NCBI GenBank assembly: GCA_945906765.1
Contig: CAMDRF010000004.1
Span: 1 to 62,501, forward strand
DNA from: Nitrosovibrio sp. Nv4
GTDB taxonomy: Bacteria; Pseudomonadota; Gammaproteobacteria; Burkholderiales; SG8-39
DNA: 62,501 nucleotides
Reading direction: 5' to 3'
Shown here: one piece after another, positions 9,728-19,709 of the stretch
Layout: each line of letters starts with the position of its first letter
Position numbering within the stretch: the stretch's first letter is position 1
Notes under the pieces: model-generated
Told to the model about the DNA's origin: nothing
The model's database searches: none
What the model saw: the letters and a program-made list of their open reading frames with translations, nothing else
Position numbers and translations under genes: made by a program

Positions 9728-10567
9728 CTAATAGTGGCGCGGTGGTTCGCGCTTGATGCCAAGCCCCATGTCCATTGGGGCGTCTCGCAACAGTTCCATG
9801 GAGTGTCTTTCCCGTTGTGCGGGATCGTCACGGGTCAGCGTCGGCAGATTCTCGACCGTGCCATTGGCCTCGGAAATGCGTTTCTCGAACGCCGCCGCGG
9901 GCTTGAAGAACATGTGCGCGAACTTCGACCACGGCACCGATCCGAACAGTACCGTCGTGGCGATGACGTACAGGCCGAAGACCGCGGTGGCCCCGGAATT
10001 CCCCCGCGCTTGCAGGTAGGCCCAGATCAGCCCGAGCGTCACGCTGACCAGAAGCGAGAGGATGAACAGATCCGCGCGCATCAGGCGGAACGGCGAACCG
10101 CCCTCCGCGGCGACATCCACCCGGATGAAGAACCAGAACCAGTACCCACCAACGCAAATCATCGCACCGCCGATCCACCAAAGCTGCGGCAGGATGGCGG
10201 GCGTGGGCGTCGCGGGCGTCGGGTAGCCGAACACCATGATGGCGGTGGTCACGACGTAGATCACGAATCCGTACATGGTCAGCAGGTGGGCGACGCGGCG
10301 GCGCGCGTTGCAGAATTCCCCGGACGCCAGGACGTCCACGAGGCCGGTCTTGACGGCGAGCGACACCAATTCGCCGCCACCGACTTGCCGCGGTCCTTTG
10401 CTCTTCGATTTCCGCCAATTATCGAAAAAATACTTGGCGCTCCCCTTATGCACGATGTCAAACAGCGTCCCCGCCGCTACCAGGACGATCATGATGACGA
10501 CATAGGTCTGCATGACGGCAGGCGGTATGGACGCCGAAAGCTCGGCAAACGGATTGCTGGTGAACAT
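9728..10567 (-). CDS. aprM: APS reductase membrane anchor
   Basis: Multi-TM protein directly upstream of aprB; SGEFCN, HLLTMYG, WSKFAHMF motifs. Confidence 0.9.
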   Translation of the reverse strand: MFTSNPFAELSASIPPAVMQTYVVIMIVLVAAGTLFDIVHKGSAKYFFDNWRKSKSKGPRQVGGGELVSLAVKTGLVDVLASGEFCNARRRVAHLLTMYGFVIYVVTTAIMVFGYPTPATPTPAILPQLWWIGGAMICVGGYWFWFFIRVDVAAEGGSPFRLMRADLFILSLLVSVTLGLIWAYLQARGNSGATAVFGLYVIATTVLFGSVPWSKFAHMFFKPAAAFEKRISEANGTVENLPTLTRDDPAQRERHSMELLRDAPMDMGLGIKREPPRHY

Positions 10568-10721
10568 CGATGCCTCTCTTCGCGGCCGATTCTACGGGCC
10601 TGGGCGAGGTTGCCCGCCCAAAAAACGACTATGCGGCTATAGACGCGTTGAATGCGCGACCGGGCCGGGGGCTGCATGCTAGGCTTGGACCGAGATTGTC
10701 GCGCCGCCGCGCCGGCAAACA

Positions 10722-12872
10722 ATGAAAAACCTGCGCCGCTTGCTTCCTTTTCTCGCCTGGTTTCCGCTGCGGCGGGAGACTTTCAGGGCCGACCTCGTCG
10801 CCGGCGTCACTGTGGCGATGGTGTTGATCCCGCAGTCGATGGCTTACGCGCAGCTCGCCGGGCTGCCGCTGCATTACGGGCTGTACGCCGCGTTTCTCCC
10901 GGTGCTCGTCGGTGCGCTGTGGGGGTCCTCGCACCAGTTGGCGACGGGGCCGGTCGCGATGGTGTCGCTGCTCACGGGCGCGACCCTGTCGCAGTTCGCC
11001 GCGTCCGGCTCCGAGCAGTTCATCGCGCTCGCCATCGTCCTCGCGCTGATGGTCGGCGTCATGCAGCTGGCGATGGGCCTGTTCAAGCTCGGGGCGATCG
11101 TCAGCTTTGTGTCGCACCCGGTGGTCGCCGGTTTCACGAACGCCGCGGCCATCATCATCGCGTTGTCGCAGCTCAACAAGGTGCTCGGCATCGCCGCCAG
11201 CCGCGGCGAGAGCTTCATCACCGAACTGTGGGGCGTGCTGCGGCAGATCGGCGACACGCATGTGCCCACCCTGCTGATGGCGCTCGCCGCGCTCGCCATC
11301 ATGATCGCCCTGCGGAAATTCGCCCCGCGCTGGCCGGGCGTGCTGATCGCCGTGGCGATCACGACCCTCGTCAGCTGGCAGATCGGCTATGAACGCAAGG
11401 GCGAAGCGCCGATCACCGCCATCGCCGACAGCGAAGTGCGGTCCCTGGCCACCCGGTTCGCCGCCACCGCCGGGCGCGCCGCGCACCTCAACCAGCAGGT
11501 TGCCGCCAAGTCGGCCGCACTCAAGTCGTTCGAAAAGGCGCCAGAGGGAAACAGCCAGCACATGCTCGCACTGAGATTCGAGATCGAGGTGATCAGGCTG
11601 GAGATCAAGGACGCCGAGCGCGAGAACCGGATCCGCGCCCGCGCGCTGCGCAAGTTCGCGTTCGAGCGCGGGGCGAACCCCGCCGGCGCGGAGCCGCACG
11701 CGGAACCGCAGCTCCTCCACCTGACGGACGGCGTCCCCTCCGCAATCGAGACCGACGGCCGTCGCTGGCGCATCGGCCGGATCGTCAACGACCGGCTCGA
11801 GCTGATCGGCGGCGGCGAGGTGGTCGGCGCCATCCCCTCCGGGCTGCCTGCGATCAAGCTCCCGGTGCTGAGCTGGGACGTACTCACGACGCTGCTGTCC
11901 ACGGCGTTCGTGATCGCGCTGGTCGGGTTCATGGAGGCGCTGTCGATGGCCAAGGCGATGGCCACCCGCACCCGGCAGCGCATCGACCCGAACCAGGAAC
12001 TGATCGGACAGGGCCTCGCGAACATTGCCGGCAGCTTCAGCCAGTCGTTTCCGGTGAGCGGATCGTTCTCGCGCTCGGCCGTAAACCTGGCCGCGGGCGC
12101 CGTCACCGGGCTGTCCTCCGCGTTCACGTGGCTCATCGTGCTCGTCACGCTGCTATTTTTGACACCACTCCTGTATCACCTGCCGCAGGCGGTGCTCGCC
12201 GCCATCATCATGCTGGCCGTGATCAACCTCGTGAATCTCAAGGCGATCCGGCGCGCGTGGCAGGCGCAGCCACATGACGGCGCCGCGGCGATCGTGACGT
12301 TCGCGGCGACGCTGGGCTTCGCGCCCCACCTGGACAGCGGGATCCTGCTGGGCGCGGGACTGGCCATCGTGCTCTATCTTTACCGCAGCATGCGCCCCCG
12401 CGTCGCGGTGCTGGGACGCCATTCTGACGGCACCCTGCGCGACGCGCAGCTGCACAAGCTCCAGACCAGCGAGTACATCATCGTGATCCGCTTCGACGGT
12501 TCGCTCTACTTCGCCAACGTGCCGCATTTCGAGGATGCGGTTCTCGCCGAGGTCGCCCATCACACCAAGGCAAGGTACCTGCTGATCGTGGGCGACGGCG
12601 TCAATCAGGTGGACGCCTCGGGCGAGGAAGTCCTGCGCCACCTGGTTGAGCGGCTGCGCGACAACCGGATCGGCGTCGCGTTCAGCGGACTCAAGCGGCA
12701 GGTGCTGCAGGTCATGCGTAACACCGGGCTGGACGCGTTCATCGGCGAGCGCGACCTGTTCCGCACCGAAGACCAGGCTCTCGATGCCATCCGCCGGCGC
12801 ATCGACGATCCCGGCTACGACCCGGCAGCCTGTCCGCTGCGGCACGAGGCCGCCGCCGGTCGTCCGCGCTGA
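10722..12872 (+). CDS. SulP family anion transporter with STAS domain and a large soluble insertion
   Basis: PQSMAYAQLAGLP, GSSHQLATGP, NQELIGQGLAN, GSFSRSA, STAS RFDGSLYFAN. Confidence 0.93.
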   Translation: MKNLRRLLPFLAWFPLRRETFRADLVAGVTVAMVLIPQSMAYAQLAGLPLHYGLYAAFLPVLVGALWGSSHQLATGPVAMVSLLTGATLSQFAASGSEQFIALAIVLALMVGVMQLAMGLFKLGAIVSFVSHPVVAGFTNAAAIIIALSQLNKVLGIAASRGESFITELWGVLRQIGDTHVPTLLMALAALAIMIALRKFAPRWPGVLIAVAITTLVSWQIGYERKGEAPITAIADSEVRSLATRFAATAGRAAHLNQQVAAKSAALKSFEKAPEGNSQHMLALRFEIEVIRLEIKDAERENRIRARALRKFAFERGANPAGAEPHAEPQLLHLTDGVPSAIETDGRRWRIGRIVNDRLELIGGGEVVGAIPSGLPAIKLPVLSWDVLTTLLSTAFVIALVGFMEALSMAKAMATRTRQRIDPNQELIGQGLANIAGSFSQSFPVSGSFSRSAVNLAAGAVTGLSSAFTWLIVLVTLLFLTPLLYHLPQAVLAAIIMLAVINLVNLKAIRRAWQAQPHDGAAAIVTFAATLGFAPHLDSGILLGAGLAIVLYLYRSMRPRVAVLGRHSDGTLRDAQLHKLQTSEYIIVIRFDGSLYFANVPHFEDAVLAEVAHHTKARYLLIVGDGVNQVDASGEEVLRHLVERLRDNRIGVAFSGLKRQVLQVMRNTGLDAFIGERDLFRTEDQALDAIRRRIDDPGYDPAACPLRHEAAAGRPR

Positions 12873-12882
12873 GCGCCGCGGC

Positions 12883-13917
12883 TCAGGCGTGGCGGTAGCC
12901 GCGCGCCATCGCCGCGACGATGAGGAAAGCGCCGGAGGCGAGCGCGAGCACCATGAGGGCGAAGCTCGCCCGCTCGAGCAGCCTCATGCTCGTCTGCTCA
13001 AGCGCCATGACGCCAAGCTGCGCCAGATAGACCGGCACGACCAGCGCGCGGCTCACGGCGACGATCAGCATCACCGTGGCCATCACCACCTTGATCATGA
13101 ACGGCTTGACGAAGGTGGTGCCGATGGCGCCGAGCTGCACGCCGAACAGGGAGCCCAGCAGGATCAGCATCGCAAGACGGATGTCGACCAGCCCGGCGAG
13201 CGAAAAATTCAACGTGCCGCCGAGACCCATCACGAAGGCGATCACCAACTCGGTCGCGCTCGCCACCAGGCTCGAGGCGCCGAGCACGTACATCATGCCG
13301 GGCACGCCGACGAAGCCGCCCACCGCGATGCTCGAAGCGAGCAGCCCGGTGGCGAAGCCCAGCGGCAGCACGAACAGCACCGACACCCGGATGTTCGCCA
13401 CCCGGAAGCGCACCATCGTTCCCGGGATCTCGACCGACTGCACCCACTGCGCGAGCCGTGAAGTCTGCTCCAGCGCGCTGTTGCGGTAAGTGCGGCGGTA
13501 GCTGCGCAGCGCGTCGCGCAGCACGAACGAGCCGACGATCGCCAGCACGATGACGAACGCGAGGCTGACGTACAAATTGGAACCCGCCTCGCCGTAGAGC
13601 CTGCGGATGTCCTGTTGAATGCCCGCGCCCCACCACATGCCGGGCGTTGCCGTGAGCGCCATCCATAGCCCGAGCTTGAGGTCCACCTGCCCGTACTTGT
13701 GACGCTTGTAGGCGCCCACCAGAGCCTTCGGGAACTTGTGGCACAGGTTGGATGCCACCGCCACCACGCCGGGCACGCCCAGGCTCATCATCGCCGGCGT
13801 CAGCACGAACGCCCCGCCTGAGCCGATGAAGCCGCTCACCAGGCCGCCGATGAAACCGACGATCAAGAGGAACGCGACGCTCTGCGGCGCAAGAACGATG
13901 AACGACTCGCCGCTCAT
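12883..13917 (-). CDS. Sulfite exporter TauE/SafE family protein
   Basis: GLVSGFIGSGGAFVLTP and second repeat SIAVGGFVGVP; hydrophobic; GGAGG RBS. Confidence 0.88.
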   Translation of the reverse strand: MSGESFIVLAPQSVAFLLIVGFIGGLVSGFIGSGGAFVLTPAMMSLGVPGVVAVASNLCHKFPKALVGAYKRHKYGQVDLKLGLWMALTATPGMWWGAGIQQDIRRLYGEAGSNLYVSLAFVIVLAIVGSFVLRDALRSYRRTYRNSALEQTSRLAQWVQSVEIPGTMVRFRVANIRVSVLFVLPLGFATGLLASSIAVGGFVGVPGMMYVLGASSLVASATELVIAFVMGLGGTLNFSLAGLVDIRLAMLILLGSLFGVQLGAIGTTFVKPFMIKVVMATVMLIVAVSRALVVPVYLAQLGVMALEQTSMRLLERASFALMVLALASGAFLIVAAMARGYRHA

Positions 13918-13921
13918 CGCT

Positions 13922-14182
13922 TCATTCCTCCAACTTAACATCGGTGGTCTCGCCCGCCGGACGCGGGACCACCCCCAGCACCTCCCAGAAATAGCCGGTG
14001 CACGCGCCGTGCACCAGGGAAAAGAGGAACGCGGTCAGCACCGGCAGCGCGGGATACCAGCCGTCGGTGCGCGTGAATGCCGCCATCACCTCTTTTTCGT
14101 TGGCAAACAGCAAGACGTAGCACAGGGCCGACGCGGCGCCCGAGACGAGCAGGAGCAACCAGGGCTTGGGAGATGCGGTCAT
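13922..14182 (-). CDS. Small two-TM membrane protein (86 aa) coupled to TauE
   Basis: ATGA overlap with upstream stop; two hydrophobic helices; HGACTGYFWEVLG motif. Confidence 0.7.
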   Translation of the reverse strand: MTASPKPWLLLLVSGAASALCYVLLFANEKEVMAAFTRTDGWYPALPVLTAFLFSLVHGACTGYFWEVLGVVPRPAGETTDVKLEE

Positions 14183-14691
14183 GCGTCCAGCCGCCGGATC
14201 TCGAAGCGCATCGCATCGAGCTCGGCGAAGATCCACGTCGCGGGAGCGGCAAGACCGGCCACCGTGCCGGGATTCACCAACCAGGTCTCTGTCCCCTTCA
14301 CGTTCGCGACGCGCTCGATGCCTGCAACATGGGAATGGCCGCAGCACACGAGGTCCCAAGCGCCGGTGCAGGCCATGGCATGGCCGTACTCGGGGTAGTG
14401 CACCACGAAAATCCGGCGGCCGCCGAGTTCGAGGCGCGCGTCGGGGCCGTAGTACTGCAGCAGGCCGCCGCTCCCGCGCGAAAGTTTGTGCAGCATCATC
14501 GAATCGCCGAGGTTGTTGCCGTGGATGACGTGGAGCGGCAGCCCCAGCGCCATCGCCGGCCGCAGCGTCTGCGCGCCGATGACATCGCCGCAGTGAACCA
14601 CGGCTGACGCGCCCTGTGCTTTCGCCTCGCGCACTGCCTGCGCGAGTGCATCCGCGCGGTCGTGGCTGTCCGAAACGATGCAGATTTTCAC
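14179..14691 (-). CDS. Metallophosphoesterase, YfcE family
   Basis: SDSHD, HCGD, HGNN, HYP, CGHSH, NPGT calcineurin-like motifs. Confidence 0.88.
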   Translation of the reverse strand: MKICIVSDSHDRADALAQAVREAKAQGASAVVHCGDVIGAQTLRPAMALGLPLHVIHGNNLGDSMMLHKLSRGSGGLLQYYGPDARLELGGRRIFVVHYPEYGHAMACTGAWDLVCCGHSHVAGIERVANVKGTETWLVNPGTVAGLAAPATWIFAELDAMRFEIRRLDA

Positions 14692-14822
14692 GTGCGTATC
14701 TTAACCGAGCGCCGATAAGGAGGGTGTCAGGGACGGCTTATGGCGCCATCAGTTTCACTCATTGCTGCGCCGCTGAAACGGTTGCAGAATCCGTCTTCGG
14801 AATTTCACGCCGGGAAGTCGAA

Positions 14823-17678
14823 TTGGCCACCGAGGTTAAAACCACTACTTGCTACATGTGTGCGTGCCGTTGCGGCATCCGCGTACACCTGCGCGACGGC
14901 GAGATCCGCTACATCGACGGCAACCCGGACCATCCGCTCAACAAAGGCGTGATCTGCGCCAAGGGGGCCAGCGGCATCATGAAACAGGTGTCGCCCGCGC
15001 GTCTCACTCGACCGCTCAGGCGACGCGAAGGCGCGGAGCGTGGCGCGGGCGACTTCGAGCCGATTTCCTGGGAGGAAGCTTTTTCCATTCTTGAAAATAG
15101 ATTGAGAAAAGTTCGGGAAAGCGACCCGAAGAAATTCGCGCTGTTCACCGGGCGCGACCAGATGCAGGCCCTGACCGGCCTTTTCGCGCGCCAGTTCGGC
15201 ACCCCCAATTACGCCGCGCACGGCGGATTCTGCTCGGTGAACATGGCCGCGGGCATGATCTACACCATCGGCGGCTCGTTCTGGGAGTTCGGCGGCCCGG
15301 ATCTCGAGCGCGCCAAGCTCTTTGTCATGCTCGGCACCGCCGAGGACCATCACTCCAATCCGCTCAAGATCGCGATCTCGAAATTCAAGCGGCGCGGCGG
15401 GCGCTTCATTTCGGTCAACCCGGTGCGCACGGGCTATTCTGCGATCGCCGACGAATGGGTGCCGATCCGGCCCGGCACCGACGGTGCGCTGCTGCTCGCG
15501 CTGACCCACGAAATGATCGCGCAGGGGCTGTACGACCGCCCCTTCGTCGCGCGCTACACCAACGGCGGCCAGCTGGTCATCACCGATCCGGCTTCACCGC
15601 GCCACGGACTGCTGGCGGTGGACGAAGGCGGCGATCCGGTCAATCCGCTCTATCCCCAGAACCAGCTTTGGTGGGACCGGCATTCCAACGGCCCGGTGGT
15701 AAGCCATACGCCGGACACCGATCCCTATCTCTTCGGGCACTTCACCCTTGCCGACGGCACCCGCGTGCAGCCGGCGTTTCAACTGCTCGCCGACCGGGTT
15801 CTGCCGCATACCGCGGAATGGGCCGAAGGCATCACCGGAGTTTCCGCCGCGACCATCCGGCGCCTCGCCAATGAGATGGGTGTGACGGCGCGCGACGAGA
15901 AGATCGAGCTGCCGATCGCCTGGACCGATTGCTGGGGCAACGAGCACCAGACGGTCACCGGCAATCCGGTCGCCTTCCATGCGATGCGCGGGCTCGCGGC
16001 GCATTCCAACGGTTTCCAGACGGTGCGCGCACTCGCCATCCTCATGAGCCTGCTCGGCACCATCGATAGGCCCGGCGGTTTCCGTCACAAGGCGCCTTTT
16101 CCGCGCGCCATTCCGCCGTCGGCCAAGACGCCCACCGGCCCCGAGGGCGTGCAGCCGAACACGCCGCTCGCCGGCCTCGCGCTCGGCTGGCCCGGTTCGC
16201 CGGAGGATCTGTTCATCGATGCCGACGGCAATCCGGTGCGCATCGACAAGGCGTTTTCCTGGGAATACCCGCTGGCGGTGCACGGGCTGATGCACAACGT
16301 GATCACCAACGCCTGGCGCGGCGATCCGTACCGGCTCGACACGCTGATGATCTTCATGGCCAACATGGCTTGGAACTCGACCATGAACACCGTCGAGGTG
16401 CGGCGCATGCTCAACGACCGCGTCACCGAAGGCGAAGCGCGTGGTGAGTACAAGATTCCGTTTCTCGTGGTCTGCGATGCGTTTCAGTCGGAGATGACCG
16501 CGTTTGCCGACCTGGTGCTCCCCGACACGACCTACCTCGAACGCCACGACGTCATGTCGATCCTCGATCGTCCGATCTCCGAGTTCGACGGGCCGATGGA
16601 CGCGGTGCGGGTGCCGGTGGTTCCCCCGAAAGGCGAATGCAAACCGTTTCAGGAAGTTCTGATCGAGCTGGCGGGAAGGCTGGGGTTTCCGGCTTTTTCC
16701 AACAAGGATGGCTCAAGAAAATACAAGGACTATCCCGACTTCATCATTCGCCACGAAACCGAGCCCGGCTCCGGAATCGGCTTTCTCGCCGGCTGGCGCG
16801 GCGCCGACGGGAGCAAATCCATGCGCGGCGAGCCGAACCCCAACCAGTGGGAGATGTACAAGCGCAACAACTGCATTTTCCACCAGCCGCTGCCCGCCTC
16901 GTATCGCTACATGCGCAACTGGAACCGCGGCTACATGGAGTGGGCGCAGCGTACGCGCATCCGGCGCTGGGGCGACCCGATCCTGATCCATCTTTATTCG
17001 GAGGTGCTGCAGCGCTTTCGCCTCGCCGCCCAGGGCAAGTGGCCGGGCCGTCGGCCGCCGCCGCATCTCGCCGGCCGCGTCGAGACCTACTTCGATCCGC
17101 TGCCTTTCTACTATCCGCCACTCGAACTGCGCGCGACCGATGTCGAGAAGTATCCGCTTGCCGCAATCACGCAGCGGCCGATGGCGATGTACCACTCCTG
17201 GGATTCGCAAAATGCCTGGCTGCGGCAGATCCACGCCCACAATTACCTCTTCATCAACCCGCGCACGGCGCGCTCGAGCGGCGTCGAGGATGGCGCCTGG
17301 CTGTGGGTGGAGTCGCAATGGGGCCGGGTGCGCTGCATGGGCCGCCTGAGCGAGGCGGTCGAGCCCGGAACCGTATGGACCTGGAATGCGATCGGCAAGC
17401 AGCCCGGCGCCTGGGGGCTTGCGCCGGAGGCCAACGAGGCGCGCAAAGGGTTTCTGCTCAACCATCTGATTACCGACACGTTGCCGGGCGCGACTTCCAA
17501 TTCCGATCCGATCACCGGCCAGGCGGGCTGGTACGACGTGCGCGTGCGCATCTATCCGGCGGCAGCCGGCGAAAAGCAGGAGGTGTTTCCCACGTTCGAG
17601 ACGCTGCCGCCGGCGCCAGGGACCGGGAAGCGCCCGGGCTGGATTGCGTACGTGGCCGGCAAGGAGACGGGAAAATGA
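14823..17678 (+). CDS. soeA: Cytoplasmic sulfite dehydrogenase molybdopterin subunit
   Basis: TTCYMCACRCG...ICAKG 4Fe-4S motif, GGFCSVNMAA, YHSWDSQN; no Tat signal; TTG start inferred. Confidence 0.9.
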   Translation: MATEVKTTTCYMCACRCGIRVHLRDGEIRYIDGNPDHPLNKGVICAKGASGIMKQVSPARLTRPLRRREGAERGAGDFEPISWEEAFSILENRLRKVRESDPKKFALFTGRDQMQALTGLFARQFGTPNYAAHGGFCSVNMAAGMIYTIGGSFWEFGGPDLERAKLFVMLGTAEDHHSNPLKIAISKFKRRGGRFISVNPVRTGYSAIADEWVPIRPGTDGALLLALTHEMIAQGLYDRPFVARYTNGGQLVITDPASPRHGLLAVDEGGDPVNPLYPQNQLWWDRHSNGPVVSHTPDTDPYLFGHFTLADGTRVQPAFQLLADRVLPHTAEWAEGITGVSAATIRRLANEMGVTARDEKIELPIAWTDCWGNEHQTVTGNPVAFHAMRGLAAHSNGFQTVRALAILMSLLGTIDRPGGFRHKAPFPRAIPPSAKTPTGPEGVQPNTPLAGLALGWPGSPEDLFIDADGNPVRIDKAFSWEYPLAVHGLMHNVITNAWRGDPYRLDTLMIFMANMAWNSTMNTVEVRRMLNDRVTEGEARGEYKIPFLVVCDAFQSEMTAFADLVLPDTTYLERHDVMSILDRPISEFDGPMDAVRVPVVPPKGECKPFQEVLIELAGRLGFPAFSNKDGSRKYKDYPDFIIRHETEPGSGIGFLAGWRGADGSKSMRGEPNPNQWEMYKRNNCIFHQPLPASYRYMRNWNRGYMEWAQRTRIRRWGDPILIHLYSEVLQRFRLAAQGKWPGRRPPPHLAGRVETYFDPLPFYYPPLELRATDVEKYPLAAITQRPMAMYHSWDSQNAWLRQIHAHNYLFINPRTARSSGVEDGAWLWVESQWGRVRCMGRLSEAVEPGTVWTWNAIGKQPGAWGLAPEANEARKGFLLNHLITDTLPGATSNSDPITGQAGWYDVRVRIYPAAAGEKQEVFPTFETLPPAPGTGKRPGWIAYVAGKETGK

Positions 17679-18406
17679 CGCAGCTTGCCCTGGTCATAGA
17701 CCTCAACGTTTGCGTCGGCTGCCATGCGTGCGTGACGAGCTGCAAACAGTGGAATACCTCCGGCGAAGCCGGCTACCTTTCGGACGACAACCCGTACGGC
17801 GCCGACCCCACCGGGACATTTTTCAATCGCGTGCAGACATTCGAGGTCGGCGAGTTCCCGAAGACGGAGACGGTGCATTTTCCGAAGTCCTGCCTGCATT
17901 GCGAGGATCCGCCGTGCGTGCCGGTGTGCCCGACGGGCGCGAGCTACAAGCGCGCCGAGGACGGTATCGTGCTGGTTGATTACGACAAATGCATCGGCTG
18001 CAACTACTGCGCCTGGGCCTGCCCCTACGGCGCGCGCGAGATCGACGAGCACCAGAAGGTGATGAAGAAATGCACCCTGTGCGTCGATCGCATTTATGAC
18101 CAGGCGCTACCGGAAGCCGAGCGTAAACCCGCCTGCGTGATGGCCTGCCCAACCAGCGCGCGCCTGTTCGGCGACGTGCACGATCCGGAATCGGAAGTTT
18201 CCCGCGCGATCCGGGACCGCGGGGGCTACGCCCTGATGCCCGAATGGGGCACGCAGCCCGCGAATCACTACCTGCCGCGGCGCAAGGCGGTGGCCGAGAT
18301 CCATCCGGATGAGCTGACGCGGCACGACAATCCGCTCAAGGTCGACGGCCAGCTGCCGCGGCCGGCGCCCGGCGAGCCGGCGCTCGATGATGTGACGAGC
18401 TGGTAA
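17675..18406 (+). CDS. soeB: Sulfite dehydrogenase 4Fe-4S subunit
   Basis: MTQLALVIDLNVCVGCHACVTSC; four Fe-S motifs; ATGA overlap with soeA. Confidence 0.92.
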   Translation: MTQLALVIDLNVCVGCHACVTSCKQWNTSGEAGYLSDDNPYGADPTGTFFNRVQTFEVGEFPKTETVHFPKSCLHCEDPPCVPVCPTGASYKRAEDGIVLVDYDKCIGCNYCAWACPYGAREIDEHQKVMKKCTLCVDRIYDQALPEAERKPACVMACPTSARLFGDVHDPESEVSRAIRDRGGYALMPEWGTQPANHYLPRRKAVAEIHPDELTRHDNPLKVDGQLPRPAPGEPALDDVTSW

Positions 18407-18409
18407 GCC

Positions 18410-19330
18410 GTGCGGCCCGCCTGGTCGGTCATCCTCTTCACCACGCTCGCGGGCGCGGGGCAGGGGCTGTTTCTCGCGCTTTTTGCCGCGGATCTGTTTG
18501 CGAGGGCGCCGCCGGATTTCGCCGCGGCCGGTGCGGCGGTCGCGTTGGGCCTGCTGGCGGCGGGCCTCGCCGCGTCGTTCTTCCATCTCGGGCATCCGGA
18601 GCGCGCCTGGCGCAGCGCCGCGATGTGGCGCACCTCGTGGTTGTCGCGCGAGGTCATCGTGTTGCCTGCGTTTATGGCCGCGGTGGCGGTGTACGGTCTG
18701 ACGCATGCTCTTTCGTATGACAGGAATATTTCTCTCCTGATAGGAGCGGCGGCCACGGTGCTGTGCTTCGCGCTGTTCGTGTGTACCGGGATGATCTACG
18801 CCTGCCTGCCATTCCTGCAGGAGTGGCGCACGCCGCTGACGGTGGTGAATTTCATCGCCTTCGGCTGCGCCTCGGGGTTTACCGCGGCTGCCGCGCTGGC
18901 GGCCGTGCGGTATCCGGCGCTTGCGCCGCGGTACGCGCTCGCCGCGCTGGTGCTGGGCGGCGCCGCCTACCTGACGCGGCTCGCGTCTCTCGCGCGCAAT
19001 GCGCGCCTGCGGCCGAAGTCGACGCTCGCCACCGCGATCGGCATCAAGCATCCCAAGATCGTGCAGATCGCGCAGGGCGCCATGGGCGGCTCGTTCAATA
19101 CGCGCGAGTTCTTCCACGGCCGGCCGCGCGAAGTGGTGCGCGCGGCGCGCTGGGCGTTCCTCGCGCTCGTGTTTCCGCTGCCGGCGTTGCTGCTGGCATT
19201 CGCGCAGAATTCCTTCGCCGCGCTCTTTGCCGCGTTCGCCCTCCAATACGCCGGATTGCTCGCCGAGCGCTGGTACTTCTTCGCCGAAGCGAAGCATCCG
19301 CAGAATCTTTATTACCAGGCGATTGCCTGA
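18410..19330 (+). CDS. soeC: Sulfite dehydrogenase membrane anchor (DmsC/NrfD-like)
   Basis: HLGHPERAW, SWLSRE, ERWYFFAEAKHPQNLYY. Confidence 0.9.
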   Translation: MRPAWSVILFTTLAGAGQGLFLALFAADLFARAPPDFAAAGAAVALGLLAAGLAASFFHLGHPERAWRSAAMWRTSWLSREVIVLPAFMAAVAVYGLTHALSYDRNISLLIGAAATVLCFALFVCTGMIYACLPFLQEWRTPLTVVNFIAFGCASGFTAAAALAAVRYPALAPRYALAALVLGGAAYLTRLASLARNARLRPKSTLATAIGIKHPKIVQIAQGAMGGSFNTREFFHGRPREVVRAARWAFLALVFPLPALLLAFAQNSFAALFAAFALQYAGLLAERWYFFAEAKHPQNLYYQAIA

Positions 19331-19345
19331 AACCGGAGACCGTCC

Positions 19346-19702
19346 ATGAAAGTACTCGTCGCAGTAAGTGCCGGAACCGATGACCCGACCCGCGCCACCT
19401 TGGGAATGATGGCCGCGAAAGTCGCGCTCGACAAGGGCCATGACGTCGTGGTGTGGTTGCAGGGCGAAGCGGCGGTGATCGCCAATAAGAACGTCTATGG
19501 CAATATCCAGGGCATCAACATGCCGGCGATGAAGGGCGTGGCCGAAGCGCTGGTGGCGGCGAAGGTGCCGCTGTGGGTCTGCGAAGCCTGCGGCAAAGGC
19601 CGCAATGTCGCGCCGGAGAACTGGTTGGAAACCGCGAGCTACAAGACGATGGGCGACTACATTGGCGCTGCTCTTTCCTTCGACAAGAGCCTCAGCTTCT
19701 GA
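19346..19702 (+). CDS. DsrE-family protein
   Basis: DDPTRA, WLQGEA, VCEACGKGR typical of DsrE/DsrF-like fold. Confidence 0.75.
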   Translation: MKVLVAVSAGTDDPTRATLGMMAAKVALDKGHDVVVWLQGEAAVIANKNVYGNIQGINMPAMKGVAEALVAAKVPLWVCEACGKGRNVAPENWLETASYKTMGDYIGAALSFDKSLSF

Positions 19703-19709
19703 GCGCCGG

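Noticed and set aside
14616-14822. 69-aa N-terminal extension of SoeA in the ORF track
   Set aside because: Overlaps the divergent phosphoesterase gene and precedes the conserved start region; no Tat motif
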